From Alistipes sp. (lineage in GTDB: Bacteria; Bacteroidota; Bacteroidia; Bacteroidales; Rikenellaceae), in assembly GCA_045650235.1 (NCBI GenBank), contig JAZRQX010000023.1, positions 9,244 to 73,243 on the forward strand: DNA of 64,000 bases, in the 5' to 3' direction. Under the pieces are notes generated by a model. That model saw only the letters and a list, made by a program, of their open reading frames with translations. It was not told where the DNA came from and ran no database searches. Position numbers and translations under genes: made by a program. Below, one piece after another: positions 39,821 through 51,149 of the stretch; position 1 is the first letter of the stretch; every line of letters starts with the position of its first letter.

Positions 39821-40846
39821 TTATAGTTTGCTTATTAACTCATCTATATCCTCGGTGCGTGTAGCCCACGACGTGGCAAGTCGAACAACCAATCGCCCAT
39901 CGGCCGTGCGCTCCCACTCCGAGAAGGTCGTGAGGGTGCGCAAGTGCGCCTCCTGCTCAGCCGAGAGAGCCACGAAGACCTGATTTGTGGGCGACTCGGC
40001 GTAGATCTCGTAACCCTTCGCGCGGAAGGCTTCGCGCAGACGTGAGGCCTCGCTGACGGCCTGGCGCGCTATATTTATATATAGGTCATCGGTGAAGAGC
40101 GTATCGAACTGCACACCGAGCATACGTCCCTTAGCCAGCAGAGCGCCCTGCTGCTTGATGGTGGTGAAGAAGTGGGGAATCAAACCCTTGCGGGGGATAA
40201 CAACCGCCTCGCCAAACATCGCGCCGCACTTGGTGCCACCGATGTAGAATACATCGCACAGACGAGCCAAATCCTTGAGCGTTACGTCCGTAGCGGGCGA
40301 AGCCAGAGCATAACCCAATCGCGCACCATCCACAAACAGAGGAATCTCCCACTTGCGGCACACCTCCGATAGAGCCTCCAGCTCTGCGAGCGTGTAGAGC
40401 GTACCATACTCCGTGGGCTGCGAGATATAGACCATTCCCGGCCACACCATATGGTCCCACGCCTCGTCGGCGCGGAAGGCCTTGATATACTCATCGACCG
40501 CCTCGGCCGAGATTTTGCCATCGAGGGCAGGGATGGTCAGCACCTTATGGCCCGAAGCCTCAATAGCCCCCGCCTCGTGCAGGGCGATGTGGCCCGTAGT
40601 GGCTGCGATGACACCCTCGTATGGGCGCAGCAGCGCCTTGATCACCGTTGCGTTGGTCTGCGTGCCACCAACCAGAAAGTGTACCTCGCCCGAGGTCAAG
40701 CCGCAGGCTGCGAGAATCTTCTCACGCGCCGAGGCGCAATACTCGTCGGTGCCGTAACCCGCCGTCTTCTCCATATTGGTGCGCACGAAGGCCTCCAAAA
40801 TCAGAGGGTGTGTGCCCTCCATATAGTCTGAATCGAAATGCTGCAT
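39821..40846 (-). CDS. Low-specificity L-threonine aldolase (PLP)
   Basis: FDSDY, GGTQTN, HEAGA, DGARL, GGTKCG; start at MQHF. Confidence 0.88.
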   Translation of the reverse strand: MQHFDSDYMEGTHPLILEAFVRTNMEKTAGYGTDEYCASAREKILAACGLTSGEVHFLVGGTQTNATVIKALLRPYEGVIAATTGHIALHEAGAIEASGHKVLTIPALDGKISAEAVDEYIKAFRADEAWDHMVWPGMVYISQPTEYGTLYTLAELEALSEVCRKWEIPLFVDGARLGYALASPATDVTLKDLARLCDVFYIGGTKCGAMFGEAVVIPRKGLIPHFFTTIKQQGALLAKGRMLGVQFDTLFTDDLYINIARQAVSEASRLREAFRAKGYEIYAESPTNQVFVALSAEQEAHLRTLTTFSEWERTADGRLVVRLATSWATRTEDIDELISKL

Positions 40847-40874
40847 TGTCTTTCTCCTTATTTTAATACTTTCT

Positions 40875-43067
40875 CTATTTAATCTCACTACCCTGCGAAG
40901 GGGGAACATCACCCTCGCCAACGCCCCAAGTGTGGCAGGGACGGTTGCCCATCACAAGGCGCAACTCACCTCCCGAGAGGATATCCTCGTGCGAGAAGTA
41001 GGTTTTTGTGTAGGGCTTGCCGTTGAGCGTTGCCGACTGGATATATTTATTCTCCTTCGAGTTGTTCTCCGCAACGACCTTGAATGTATTGCCATTATCG
41101 AGCGCAATCTCCACCTTGTCGAACAGGGGCGAACCGATGACGTAGTACGGAAGGCCCGCCGTCACGGGGTAGAATCCCATAGCCGAGAAGACGTAGAAGG
41201 CCGACATTCCGCCGCCATCCTCGTCGCCGCAGATACCCATCAAATCGTTACGGAACCAAGCCTCCATAAGCATACGCACACGCTTCTGCGTCTTCCACGG
41301 CTCGCCTGCGTAGCAGTAGAGGTAGGGGATGTGGAAGCTCGGCTCGTTGCCCATAACGTACTGGCCGACGTTGCCCGATGAGTCGGGATGAACGGCGTAG
41401 TACTTCCACTTCGATGTGGTGAGTCCCTGCGTGAAGAGCTCGTCGAGTTTCTCGACGAAGCGCTCCTTCGAGCCGAAGAGGGCAATCAGGTCCGAGATAT
41501 TGTGATGCACGTCCCAGATGTAGGTCCACGCATTATTCTCGTCGTAGTATGCGCGCGCACCCGTACCGCCCGAGAAGATGTAGTCGAAGGGCTGGATGAA
41601 CTCGCCCGCGGCATCCTTCGGATGGAAGAAGCCCGTCTCGCGGTTGAACAGATGGCGGTAGTTGAAGCTGCGCTCGAGGTGGAACTGATAATCCTCCGTG
41701 CGACCCAACTCCTTGGCCAGCTGTGCGATGCACCAATCATCGTAGGCCGCTGCCAGAGTAACGGCTACCGACTGACGATTCTCGAACGAATTGACCTCCG
41801 CAACGCTCTCCTTCTCGCCCTCGTGAAGTGCGGGGAACCAGCCGTTGGCGTGATAGAAGTCGTCGAGCGAGGTCTTGGCGCCACGATACCAGGGAATCAT
41901 ACTCTCGGTGAGAACCGTATGGTGCATACCCTCGAAGGCTCCGGCCACATCGAACTCAATGCCCTTAGCCAACGCATCGGCAAAGATTGCTGCGGCGTGG
42001 TTGCCGTTCATACAGTGGGCATCGCCGAAGACCGTGGGGAAGGTAGGCATCCATCCCGACTGGCGATACATACGGATGTAGGAGTTGAGTTTCTCGCTTT
42101 CGGCCTGCGGGTCGAGAATGGTCTGCAGGGGGTGCAGCGCGTGGTAGGTATCCCACGCCCAGTCGTCGGTCCAGAAGGGCGTACCCTCGTCGGAGTGGAC
42201 ATTGCCATCCCACGGGCTGTAATAGTGGCCATCCTCCGAGACATTGATCATTCGCTCGTGGCAGCGGTAAAGTGCCGTATAGAAGGTCACGCGCTCATCC
42301 TCCGTGCCTCCCTCGACACGAATCTTGCCCAGAGCGTCGTTCCACGCCGTGCGGGCATTGAGCGTAACACGCTCGATATCGAAATCTGAGATCTCACCCT
42401 GCAGGTTCTTCTTGGCCTGCTCCGAGGAGATGTACGACACGCCATAGCGAGCCTTAACCGCCGCTACGCCCTCATCGAAGGAGGCGTAACGAACGCCATC
42501 GCCATCCTTGCCGCTGAAGGCCGTGGGCACGGTGTCGAACTCAAGGAAGAAGTAATGCTTCGTGCCGTTGTAGTTATCCCATCCCCAAAGGGCATTATCT
42601 GCCGCAAAGATCTCGCCCGACGAGCGGAGCTGGATGTGGCGTTTGCCCGTCTTCTCGAACGTGCAGCCGAAGATAGCCGAGCTCTCGGCAGGGGCGTAAT
42701 CGACAACGATGCCGAAGTCGTCCAGATAGACCGAGTAGCGATAGGGCGCAGTCTGCTCGTGGTCGTAGCGGTAGGCGTAGCGCTGAGGCACCTCATCGCC
42801 CACGAAGGGCATCATCATCAGGACCGAGCCCTGACGATGCGACGGCACATTGAGCGGCAGGCCACCCATACGGTCGGTGGTAAACTCGTTGTGGTCGGGA
42901 TTCATTCTCACCATCGCGTTGGGGAGCTGCGTGGTGGGATAGGTCGGCACCAGCAGATGCGAGATATTACCGATGCGGTTGTTCACATAATCGATCACCT
43001 CGCGCTGCGGGGTGCTGTCGCACGCTACGGCACAGAGCGCCGCAAGAGCTATAAAGAAGCGTTTCAT
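40875..43067 (-). CDS. GH92 alpha-mannosidase lipoprotein
   Basis: WDTY, GNEPSFH, GDEDGGGMSA, GFYPV. Confidence 0.92.
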   Translation of the reverse strand: MKRFFIALAALCAVACDSTPQREVIDYVNNRIGNISHLLVPTYPTTQLPNAMVRMNPDHNEFTTDRMGGLPLNVPSHRQGSVLMMMPFVGDEVPQRYAYRYDHEQTAPYRYSVYLDDFGIVVDYAPAESSAIFGCTFEKTGKRHIQLRSSGEIFAADNALWGWDNYNGTKHYFFLEFDTVPTAFSGKDGDGVRYASFDEGVAAVKARYGVSYISSEQAKKNLQGEISDFDIERVTLNARTAWNDALGKIRVEGGTEDERVTFYTALYRCHERMINVSEDGHYYSPWDGNVHSDEGTPFWTDDWAWDTYHALHPLQTILDPQAESEKLNSYIRMYRQSGWMPTFPTVFGDAHCMNGNHAAAIFADALAKGIEFDVAGAFEGMHHTVLTESMIPWYRGAKTSLDDFYHANGWFPALHEGEKESVAEVNSFENRQSVAVTLAAAYDDWCIAQLAKELGRTEDYQFHLERSFNYRHLFNRETGFFHPKDAAGEFIQPFDYIFSGGTGARAYYDENNAWTYIWDVHHNISDLIALFGSKERFVEKLDELFTQGLTTSKWKYYAVHPDSSGNVGQYVMGNEPSFHIPYLYCYAGEPWKTQKRVRMLMEAWFRNDLMGICGDEDGGGMSAFYVFSAMGFYPVTAGLPYYVIGSPLFDKVEIALDNGNTFKVVAENNSKENKYIQSATLNGKPYTKTYFSHEDILSGGELRLVMGNRPCHTWGVGEGDVPPSQGSEIK

Positions 43068-43150
43068 TGGGTTGGGTTTATAAGTTTATAGGTGCTATAA
43101 GTACGCGCGGGCGACCTATAACACCTATTTTCATTCTATCTTACGACGTA

Positions 43151-44635
43151 TTAGTAGCTGCGAGCAAAGAGTACGCGGCACTTCGAGGGCTTACCCGTGA
43201 AGATACACTTACCCTCCTCCTGCTTTGCATCCAGGGGGATACAGCGGATGGTAGCCTTGGTAGCCTCCTTGATGGCAACCTCGGTCTCGGGAGTACCGTC
43301 CCAGTGAGCAGAGATGAAACCGCCCTTGTTCTCAAGAACATCCACAAACTCGTCCCACGAATTGACCTCCGTGATCATCGAGTTGCGGTAGTCGAGCGCC
43401 TTCTTGTAGATGTTGGCCTGGATCTCGTCGAGCAGAGCCACGATGCGGTCGGCGATGCCCTCCTGCGAAACGGTCTCCTTGGTCAGCGTATCGCGGCGAG
43501 CAAGCTCGATCGTGCCGTTCTGCATATCGCGAGGACCGAGTGCCAGACGCACGGGAACACCCTTGAGCTCGTACTCGGCGAACTTAAAGCCCGAACGCAC
43601 GTTGTCGCGCACATCGAACTTAACCGATACGCCCTTCGAGCGAAGCTCCTTGGCGATAGTCTCCATCTTCTCGGCCATCTCCTTGAGCTGCTCCTCGCCC
43701 TTGTAGATGGGTACCATAGCGACCTGAATAGGTGCGAGCTTCGGGGGAAGAACCAGACCGTTGTTGTCCGAGTGAGCCATAATCAGCGCACCCATCAGAC
43801 GGGTCGATACGCCCCACGAGGTTGCCCATACGTACTCCTGCTTACCCTCCTTGGTGGTGTAGGTTACGTCGAAGGCCTTGGCGAAGTTCTGGCCCAGGAA
43901 GTGCGACGTTCCGCTCTGCAGAGCCTTGCCGTCCTGCATCAGAGCCTCGATGGTGAGGGTATCCTCCGCGCCTGCAAAACGCTCGTTGGGCGACTTGTGG
44001 CCCACGATTACGGGCACGCCCATATAGTCCTGTGCGAAGGTCTCATAGACGTGTACCATACGCTCGGCCTCCTCGATAGCCTCCTCGCGTGTAGCGTGAG
44101 CGGTGTGGCCCTCCTGCCAGAGGAACTCGGCCGTGCGCAGGAACAGACGCGTACGCATCTCCCAGCGAACTACGTTGGCCCACTGGTTGCAGAGGATGGG
44201 AAGGTCGCGGTATGATGTAATCCAATTCTTGTATGTGTTCCAGATGATGGTCTCCGAAGTGGGGCGAACGATGAGCTCCTCCTCCAGACGTGCCGAGGGG
44301 TCAACAACGATGCCCTCGCCGCGAGGGCTGTTCATCAGACGATAGTGCGTAACAACGGCGCACTCCTTGGCAAAACCCTCGACGTGAGAGGCCTCGCGCG
44401 AGAAGAATGATTTGGGGATAAACAAGGGGAAATAGGCGTTCTCGTGTCCCGTAGCCTTGAACATATCGTCCAAGACGCGCTGCATCTTCTCCCAGATGGC
44501 GTAACCATAGGGCTTGATGACCATACAGCCACGCACGGCCGAATTCTCGGCCAAACCAGCCTTCACGACCAGCTCGTTGTACCACTTCGAGTAGTTATCC
44601 TCGACTTTGGTAAGATCTTTAAGTTCTACTGCCAT
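43151..44635 (-). CDS. proS: Proline--tRNA ligase (archaeal/eukaryotic type)
   Basis: [25 protein letters not shown] end. Confidence 0.97.
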   Translation of the reverse strand: MAVELKDLTKVEDNYSKWYNELVVKAGLAENSAVRGCMVIKPYGYAIWEKMQRVLDDMFKATGHENAYFPLFIPKSFFSREASHVEGFAKECAVVTHYRLMNSPRGEGIVVDPSARLEEELIVRPTSETIIWNTYKNWITSYRDLPILCNQWANVVRWEMRTRLFLRTAEFLWQEGHTAHATREEAIEEAERMVHVYETFAQDYMGVPVIVGHKSPNERFAGAEDTLTIEALMQDGKALQSGTSHFLGQNFAKAFDVTYTTKEGKQEYVWATSWGVSTRLMGALIMAHSDNNGLVLPPKLAPIQVAMVPIYKGEEQLKEMAEKMETIAKELRSKGVSVKFDVRDNVRSGFKFAEYELKGVPVRLALGPRDMQNGTIELARRDTLTKETVSQEGIADRIVALLDEIQANIYKKALDYRNSMITEVNSWDEFVDVLENKGGFISAHWDGTPETEVAIKEATKATIRCIPLDAKQEEGKCIFTGKPSKCRVLFARSY

Positions 44636-44640
44636 ATCTT

Positions 44641-44676
44641 TTCAAAATTCAAAATGCAAAATTCAAAATGCAAAAT
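44641..44676. repeat. Heptamer array directly upstream of proS
   Basis: TTCAAAA TTCAAAA TGCAAAA TTCAAAA TGCAAAA. Confidence 0.85.
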
Positions 44677-44896
44677 ACATAATCGCCAAAACGATGAAGC
44701 TATTGCACTTGTACTAAAGTACAAAAGTAGCCATTTTTTATTTAACGTAGCATAATTGTCGCACTTTTTTGCTCATTTACACCGCCGGAGACTCCCAAAG
44801 AGCCAAAAAAATATTATACCACACGTTTTTTCCACGAAATAATTCTTAATTTTGTGAAGATTCCCGCCATAAGGCAAACCCAAAACGAAAATAACT

Positions 44897-46831
44897 ATGA
44901 AACGACTTTTACTCCTCTGCTCGTCGGTGATACTCTTCGCCGCAGCATTCTCGTGCGCCCCGACCGAAAGCGCCCCATCAACCCACAAACCCTATGCCGA
45001 GGGAAAGCCCTACACGCGCTGGTGGTGGTTCGCAGCCGACATCTCAAAGGAGGATGTGCGCTATCAGCTGGAGTGGCTCAAGGAGCAGGGCTTCGGTGGC
45101 GTGGAGATTGCGTGGGTATATCCTATGGAGGGCAACCCCGACACACCCCGTCCGGCGTGGCTAAGCGAGGAGTGGGCCGAGCCTGTGAACTACGCCAAGC
45201 AGGTGGCCGACGAGTTGGGACTCGGTTGCGACTTTACCTACGGCACATTGTGGCCCTTCAGCTCATACACCCTGCCCGAGAAGTATTGGACGCGCTCCTA
45301 CTACAACCGCGAGGGCGAGGCCGACCGCACCATAACGTGGGAGCACCCCCGTATGGCTCACATCATCAACCACCTCGACCGCGAGGCCTTCCGCCTCTAC
45401 GCCGAGGAGATGAACGCCGGACTGAAGGATGCCTTCAAGGGCTCGCCGTCGGGAGTGTTTGTCGATTCGTGGGAGGTGGAGACACGCCAGCTCTGGACCG
45501 AGGGCTTCGGCGAGAAGTTTTTTGAGAGATTCGGATATAAGATCGAGCCCTATATGGACGATCTGTATAAGACTGGCAATGAGGATGTTTTCTACGACTA
45601 TATGTCGCTGATGTCGGACTACGTCATCGACGAGTTCTACCGCCCCTTCACCGAGAACGCCCGCTCGCAGGGCGGCTTCTCGCGTTCGCAGTGCGGTGGC
45701 GCTCCGGCCGACCTGCTGGCGGCATTTATGGCGGTCGATGTGCCCGAAACCGAGGCCATCCTCTACGAGCCCAACTACGGCCGCATCCCCGCCTCGGCAG
45801 CGGCGCTGACGGGTGGCGACGTGGTTACGTCGGAGACCTTCACCTGCATCTATGGTTGGAAGAAGTGGGGCGGCAAGGGCCCTTATCAGGAGCAGGAGCA
45901 GGTGGCCGATATGCGCTTGGTGGCCGATGCTCTGTTCGCCAACGGCACCAACCAGATCATCTGGCACGGTATGCCCTTCATCGGCAAGAACCAGACTAAG
46001 GACGAGAACTACTTCTACGCCTCGGTATATGTCGGACGCGACTCGTACTTCATCGACCAGCTGAAGGATTTCAACGACTATATGGCTCGCGTGTCGCGCT
46101 ATATGCGCAAGGGCCAGACCTACTCCGATGTGGCGCTGTACCTGCCGCTCGAGGATTCGTGGATGGGTATTGAGTTGCCCGAAGAGTTGCAGATGCCGTG
46201 GGTGTGGGGCGAGTATGAGCTTCGATACGAGTGGGCACCCGACTTTTTGAAGGGTTATCAGCCGCTGTGGGTGAATTACAAAGTCCTCTCCGAGGGCGAG
46301 TACCGCGATGGCGTGCTGCGCTACGGCGATGTGGAGTTCTCGGCGCTGGCCCTCGATGTGGAGTGGCTCGATCTGAAGTCACTGCGCGAGGTGGTACGTC
46401 TGGCAAAGGCGGGCCTTCCCGTAGTGATGGCACAGCAGCCCCGACAGCCGGGCAAAAATAAGACGGACGAGTTTGCTGCGCTCCTGAAGGAGCTGATGGC
46501 GCTGAAGAATGTATCGGCAACGGCTGAGGTGATTGAGCAGAAGCCGCTTGTCGAGGGCGATAACCTGCCCGAGTTCTGGTGTCGTCGGGATGGCGAGCGG
46601 ATGTATATCTTCTTTGCCAACCCCGCAGCACAGCATCTTACCTATCCGTTGCGCTATGGTCAGGCCTTCGAGGATGAGGGCTCGACACGCGATATTGTGA
46701 TCAACACCAAGGCGGGTGCACAGCCGCTGAAGCTGAATTTCAAGCCCAACGAGTCGCTCTTGGTGGAGGTCAACGACAAGGGCGAGGCGGAGATTATCGA
46801 CCTCGGTTTTACAGCAAAGAAAATTGAATAA
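44897..46831 (+). CDS. Glycoside hydrolase lipoprotein, GH106 (alpha-L-rhamnosidase)-like
   Basis: KPYTRWWW, GFGGVEI, DSWE, SETFT. Confidence 0.7.
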   Translation: MKRLLLLCSSVILFAAAFSCAPTESAPSTHKPYAEGKPYTRWWWFAADISKEDVRYQLEWLKEQGFGGVEIAWVYPMEGNPDTPRPAWLSEEWAEPVNYAKQVADELGLGCDFTYGTLWPFSSYTLPEKYWTRSYYNREGEADRTITWEHPRMAHIINHLDREAFRLYAEEMNAGLKDAFKGSPSGVFVDSWEVETRQLWTEGFGEKFFERFGYKIEPYMDDLYKTGNEDVFYDYMSLMSDYVIDEFYRPFTENARSQGGFSRSQCGGAPADLLAAFMAVDVPETEAILYEPNYGRIPASAAALTGGDVVTSETFTCIYGWKKWGGKGPYQEQEQVADMRLVADALFANGTNQIIWHGMPFIGKNQTKDENYFYASVYVGRDSYFIDQLKDFNDYMARVSRYMRKGQTYSDVALYLPLEDSWMGIELPEELQMPWVWGEYELRYEWAPDFLKGYQPLWVNYKVLSEGEYRDGVLRYGDVEFSALALDVEWLDLKSLREVVRLAKAGLPVVMAQQPRQPGKNKTDEFAALLKELMALKNVSATAEVIEQKPLVEGDNLPEFWCRRDGERMYIFFANPAAQHLTYPLRYGQAFEDEGSTRDIVINTKAGAQPLKLNFKPNESLLVEVNDKGEAEIIDLGFTAKKIE

Positions 46832-46833
46832 CA

Positions 46834-47439
46834 ATGGGTTATACGTTTGACTATCCTCTCTTCCTCTGGCTCAACTTCGACGGTGGGCCCGCTATGGACA
46901 AGGCTATGCTCTGGGCCTCGACGCCTGCCGTGTGGGCGTGGCTCTATCTGCTCATAATCTTTTTGGTGTGGCGACGCTATGGCTGGCGCGGTGCGCTGCT
47001 GCTACTCGTGGCGGCAGGTGCGGCCGTTGGCTTGGCTGATATGATTGCGGGCATATTCAAACATACGGGCCTGCTGAAGGATCTTTGGCCATCGTTCCCC
47101 GTCCGTTTTCGCCCGATGCACACCCCCGCATTAGAGGGGCAGGTGAACAACATCCTGCGCGTGGGCGGAGAGTACGGCACCGTATCGGCTCACGCCGCTA
47201 CGATGGTCTCGCTGGCGGTGATTGCCATTGCGGCCATAGGACGACGATGGTTTGCGTGGCTGATGGTGGCGGCGGTTGTGGTGGTCTGCTACTCACGCAT
47301 CTACCTGGGCTACCACTTCCCCGTAGATATAGCACTGGGCGCCACGACGGGCCTTGTGACGGGCGGCATAGGACTCGCCATATTTAAGGCAGTGGCGTGG
47401 CGGATAAGGCACACGAAGGAGGATGTGTATAAATGGTAA
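46834..47439 (+). CDS. PAP2 family phosphatase
   Basis: K...RP, SAH, SRIYLGYHFP.D. Confidence 0.88.
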   Translation: MGYTFDYPLFLWLNFDGGPAMDKAMLWASTPAVWAWLYLLIIFLVWRRYGWRGALLLLVAAGAAVGLADMIAGIFKHTGLLKDLWPSFPVRFRPMHTPALEGQVNNILRVGGEYGTVSAHAATMVSLAVIAIAAIGRRWFAWLMVAAVVVVCYSRIYLGYHFPVDIALGATTGLVTGGIGLAIFKAVAWRIRHTKEDVYKW

Positions 47440-47534
47440 AAAAATTGAGGGTGAGTATAAGCCCTCAATTTTTTTGTTTTTGTTGGGGGAATTTACTAAA
47501 TTTGAAATCCGAAGAACTCACACCTTCCCTAATT

Positions 47535-48200
47535 ATGAAAAACAGCACCCCATCGGGCGCTCAGCGCCACATCGAAGCCCCCTTCATCCGCAACATCGAG
47601 CGTCTGCGCCAAAGCGAGATACGTCTTGTGATGCGCGACAGGCTGGAGAGCCACCCCATCGACTGCGTAAATTGGCCCGCGTACCCCTACGCTCCGCGCG
47701 TTACGTTCCGCATCGCCCATTCGGACGAGGTGCTGGCCATAATGTTCGAGGTGGAGGAGGAGCACATCCGCGGCCTGAACACCGAATCGAACGGTGCGGT
47801 GTGGGAGGATAGCTGTGTCGAGTTCTTTGTTGCGAATCCTGCGGGCGAGGGTTACTTCAACTTCGAGGTGAACTGCATCTCAACGGCCCTTGCCGCCCTG
47901 CGCCGCTCGCGCACCGATGCCGACCACTTCGACGAGGAGCGTATCGCTCAGCTACACCGCTTCGGTTCGCTACCCAAGGCCCCGATCGACTCGCGCGGCG
48001 AGGGACAGCAGTGGTGGATGGTGGAGATAATCCCCTTCTCGCTGCTCGGCCTCGAGGAGCCCCCGCAGAGCATCAACTGCAACTTCTACAAGTGTGGCGA
48101 CAGGTGCTCGCGCCCCCACTTCCTATCGTGGTCGCCGATTGATTGCGAGGAGCCCAACTTCCACAAGCCAGAGTTCTTTGGTGTGGTCGATTTAGTATAG
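47535..48200 (+). CDS. CBM9-like (DOMON) protein
   Basis: VWEDSCVEFF, YFNFEVN, NFYKCGD, FHKPEFFG; start at MKNST or later. Confidence 0.8.
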   Translation: MKNSTPSGAQRHIEAPFIRNIERLRQSEIRLVMRDRLESHPIDCVNWPAYPYAPRVTFRIAHSDEVLAIMFEVEEEHIRGLNTESNGAVWEDSCVEFFVANPAGEGYFNFEVNCISTALAALRRSRTDADHFDEERIAQLHRFGSLPKAPIDSRGEGQQWWMVEIIPFSLLGLEEPPQSINCNFYKCGDRCSRPHFLSWSPIDCEEPNFHKPEFFGVVDLV

Positions 48201-48221
48201 AAAAATTTAGATAAAACAGAT

Positions 48222-49298
48222 ATGACACAGGAAAAACTTAGAGAGATAGCTTCGCACTTCGCGCTCGAAGGCGAGGTGGAGAGCATCGCCCCCTTGGGCG
48301 AGGGTTTTATCAACGACACCTTCGTGGTGCACACCGTAGGCTCGGCGCCCGATTACATCCTCCAGCGCAAGAATCACAACGTCTTTCCCGACGTGCCCGC
48401 GATGATGGACAACATCAAGGCCGTAACGGAGCATATCAAGCGCAAGGTGGCATACCCTATGCGCCAGACACTCACCGTCATCGAGACCCACGACGGCGCA
48501 CTCTACCACAAGGATGGCGAGAACTTCTGGGCTGTCTGCATCTTCATCCCCGGCACGACGACCTACGATCGCGCTGACTCACCCGCGCTGGCCTATCAGG
48601 GTGGCAAGGGCATAGGTCAGTTCCAGCGTCTGCTCTCGGATTTCGATCAGCCGCTGAGCGAGACCATCAAGGGCTTCCACAACATCCGCCACCGCTTCGA
48701 GCAGTGGGACCAGATGCTTAAAGTAGACCCGATGAACCGCGTGAAGGATCTCTCGACGGAGATTGAGTGGATCGAGTCGCGCCGCGAAGAGATGATGGCC
48801 TTCTGGTCGAAGGTCGAGACGGGCGAGATTCCCACCCACGTTACCCACAACGACACCAAGATCAGCAACATCCTCTTCGATGCCGCCACGGGCGATGTGC
48901 TCTGTGCCATCGATCTGGACACGGTGATGAGCTCAACGTCGCTCAACGACTTCGGCGATGCCATCCGCTCCTACGCCAATACTGGTGCGGAGGATGATCC
49001 CGTGCTGGATAATGTAGAGATGAGCCTCGATATGTTCCGCGCCTACACCGAGGGTTACCTCTCCGAGCAGCGCGAGGCGATGAGTGCAAGCGAGAAGGAG
49101 TGGCTGGCATTCTCGGCCATCTACATCACATTCGAGCAGGTGTTGCGTTTTCTTATGGACTATATGGATGGCGAGAAGTATTGGAAGACCGCCTACGAGG
49201 GCCACACGCTGGTGCGCACGCACGCGCAGTACAAGTTGCTGCAATCGATGGAGCGCCAGTATCCCGAGATGCGCCGCATAGTCGAGGAGTTATCGTAA
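48222..49298 (+). CDS. APH-family kinase (N-acetylhexosamine-1-kinase-like)
   Basis: GFINDT, HNDTKISN, IDLDT, DFGD. Confidence 0.82.
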   Translation: MTQEKLREIASHFALEGEVESIAPLGEGFINDTFVVHTVGSAPDYILQRKNHNVFPDVPAMMDNIKAVTEHIKRKVAYPMRQTLTVIETHDGALYHKDGENFWAVCIFIPGTTTYDRADSPALAYQGGKGIGQFQRLLSDFDQPLSETIKGFHNIRHRFEQWDQMLKVDPMNRVKDLSTEIEWIESRREEMMAFWSKVETGEIPTHVTHNDTKISNILFDAATGDVLCAIDLDTVMSSTSLNDFGDAIRSYANTGAEDDPVLDNVEMSLDMFRAYTEGYLSEQREAMSASEKEWLAFSAIYITFEQVLRFLMDYMDGEKYWKTAYEGHTLVRTHAQYKLLQSMERQYPEMRRIVEELS

Positions 49299-49343
49299 AA
49301 AAAAAGGTTGTCCCGTGGGGCAACCTTTTATTTTTTAATTCAT

Positions 49344-49556
49344 TTACTCCTCATCCGCTCGATACTCAAGTATATCCCCCGGCTGGCAGTCGAGCGCTCG
49401 GCAGATAGCCTCGAGCGTCGTGAAACGCACGGCACGGGCACGGCCGGTCTTGAGAACCGACAGATTGACAATCGAAATATCCACTCGCTCCGAAAGCTCC
49501 GAGAGCGACATCTTGCGGCGGGCAAGCATCACATCCAAATTTACTATTATAGCCAT
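49344..49556 (-). CDS. Small XRE HTH regulator (YozG-like)
   Basis: NLSVLKTGRARAVRFTTLEAIC..LDCQPGD. Confidence 0.9.
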   Translation of the reverse strand: MAIIVNLDVMLARRKMSLSELSERVDISIVNLSVLKTGRARAVRFTTLEAICRALDCQPGDILEYRADEE

Positions 49557-49568
49557 CGTTGTCGGGTT

Positions 49569-50252
49569 TTAGATTGTCATTGATTCCTCCTCGTTGATGC
49601 GGGCCGCTACGGCCATCAACTCAGCAAAGATAAGCAAAAGTAGCGGCGCAACCAAACACTCCACGCCAACAGTCACCGAGCCGAAGAGTTCGATGGGCGA
49701 CATCGCGCCATAGAGATCCTTGACGGCCAGCTGACGGAACACCTCACGGTTGTCGATGAGCGCGTAGTAAAGGAACACCGCCAGCGAGAGCCAGCGCAGC
49801 AGGCAGGGGTGCTCCCTGCGGAATATGTTGCCCGTACGGAAGCCGCGTATGGCACCGAGGAATATCCACGCCACAAGCACCACGATCATAACGAAGAGCG
49901 CCAGAGCGACATAGGTGATGGCGGTATTCCATCGCCAGCCGTAGTGGTCGGGGCGCACGTAGTCGGGGTGCGTGGAGAAGATGGTCATCGCCGAGGGCAG
50001 GGCCTCAACCATAGGCTGACCGTCGCCTGCGCGCTCCAGAACGATGGAATACTCCTCGTAGCCGGGCTCGATATTCAGAGCCTGAAAGGAGGTGTCGATC
50101 GAACCGATGAAGGTGTGGTTCTTGCTGCCCACATAGGGGTTGGTCGAATTGTACAACTGCACTGCGATGTGAGCCACGTGAAACAGGGCGATCAGTGCGA
50201 GCACCGCCGCAAAGACGATGGTGCGGCGCTGGGTGGTTTTTGAGATTTTCAT
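49569..50252 (-). CDS. DUF2975-like membrane protein
   Basis: TM helices; GNIF; C-terminal EEESMTI; typical pairing with a YozG-like HTH. Confidence 0.75.
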   Translation of the reverse strand: MKISKTTQRRTIVFAAVLALIALFHVAHIAVQLYNSTNPYVGSKNHTFIGSIDTSFQALNIEPGYEEYSIVLERAGDGQPMVEALPSAMTIFSTHPDYVRPDHYGWRWNTAITYVALALFVMIVVLVAWIFLGAIRGFRTGNIFRREHPCLLRWLSLAVFLYYALIDNREVFRQLAVKDLYGAMSPIELFGSVTVGVECLVAPLLLLIFAELMAVAARINEEESMTI

Positions 50253-50317
50253 AAGATAATTGTTTTAAGTTGAGTTAATAAAAATATAAGAAAAGCTATT
50301 TTGAGGCTGGTGTCATA

Positions 50318-50959
50318 TTATATATAAAATACAATTGCTACGAAGTGCGACGCGGCCGCCAGATTAATCAGCAGGTGCCACACCAGATGATGGTGCTTAA
50401 ACGCCTTCTTGGCATAGAAAATTGCTCCGACGGTGTAGAACACGCCACCCAGCGCGATGAGCGTGATGAACTGCCACGATGCGTGGCGCACGAAGAGCGG
50501 GAAGAAGAAGACCACGGTCCATCCCATCACCAGATATATGGTCAGGCTGATGGCGGGAATCGAGCGACGGCTGAGCGACTTGTAGAAGATGCCGAAGATC
50601 ACCATCACCCACTGCAGGATGAAGATTAGCCATCCTTGCCAACCGCCTATCACAGAGAGCGCTACGGGGGTGTAGCTGCCCGCGATGGCGACGTAGATGA
50701 AGATGTGGTCGAGGATGTGGAATATCTCCTTGTGGCGCGTGTCGTGCAGCATCGAGTGGTAAAGCGTCGAGATGAGGAACATCAGGAACAGACTAACGCA
50801 AAAGACGCTCACGCCGAAACACATCAGTGCCGAGCCGCTCTGCACGAAGCTATACACAGCCGCAAAGGGAATGGCCAGCAGCATCAGGATGCTCATCACG
50901 CCGTGCGAGATGGCATTACCAACCTCCTCGCCGAATGTGGGGATATAAATTTTTGCCAT
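50318..50959 (-). CDS. Hemolysin III/PAQR family membrane protein
   Basis: EEVGNAISH, STLYH, DH..IY..IAGSYTP, HLVWH. Confidence 0.9.
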   Translation of the reverse strand: MAKIYIPTFGEEVGNAISHGVMSILMLLAIPFAAVYSFVQSGSALMCFGVSVFCVSLFLMFLISTLYHSMLHDTRHKEIFHILDHIFIYVAIAGSYTPVALSVIGGWQGWLIFILQWVMVIFGIFYKSLSRRSIPAISLTIYLVMGWTVVFFFPLFVRHASWQFITLIALGGVFYTVGAIFYAKKAFKHHHLVWHLLINLAAASHFVAIVFYI

Positions 50960-51149
50960 AGTTTTTCGACTTTTATGATTAAACAAATATAGTAAAAAAC
51001 TTATCGTTTAGTGCATAATCTTTAACGTTTATCATTAACCCTGCGACAAAAATATGTATAAAAAACCGAACGTGCAAATTTTTTTGCGAAAAAAGTGTAA
51101 CTTTGTCAAATAACCACACCGTAGAAAACCACATAATTTTGAGCAAACT

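Noticed and set aside
43067-44215. 382-aa + strand ORF and similar long antisense ORFs (1346-2158, 41388-42389, 56665-57732)
   Set aside because: Each lies opposite a well-supported gene
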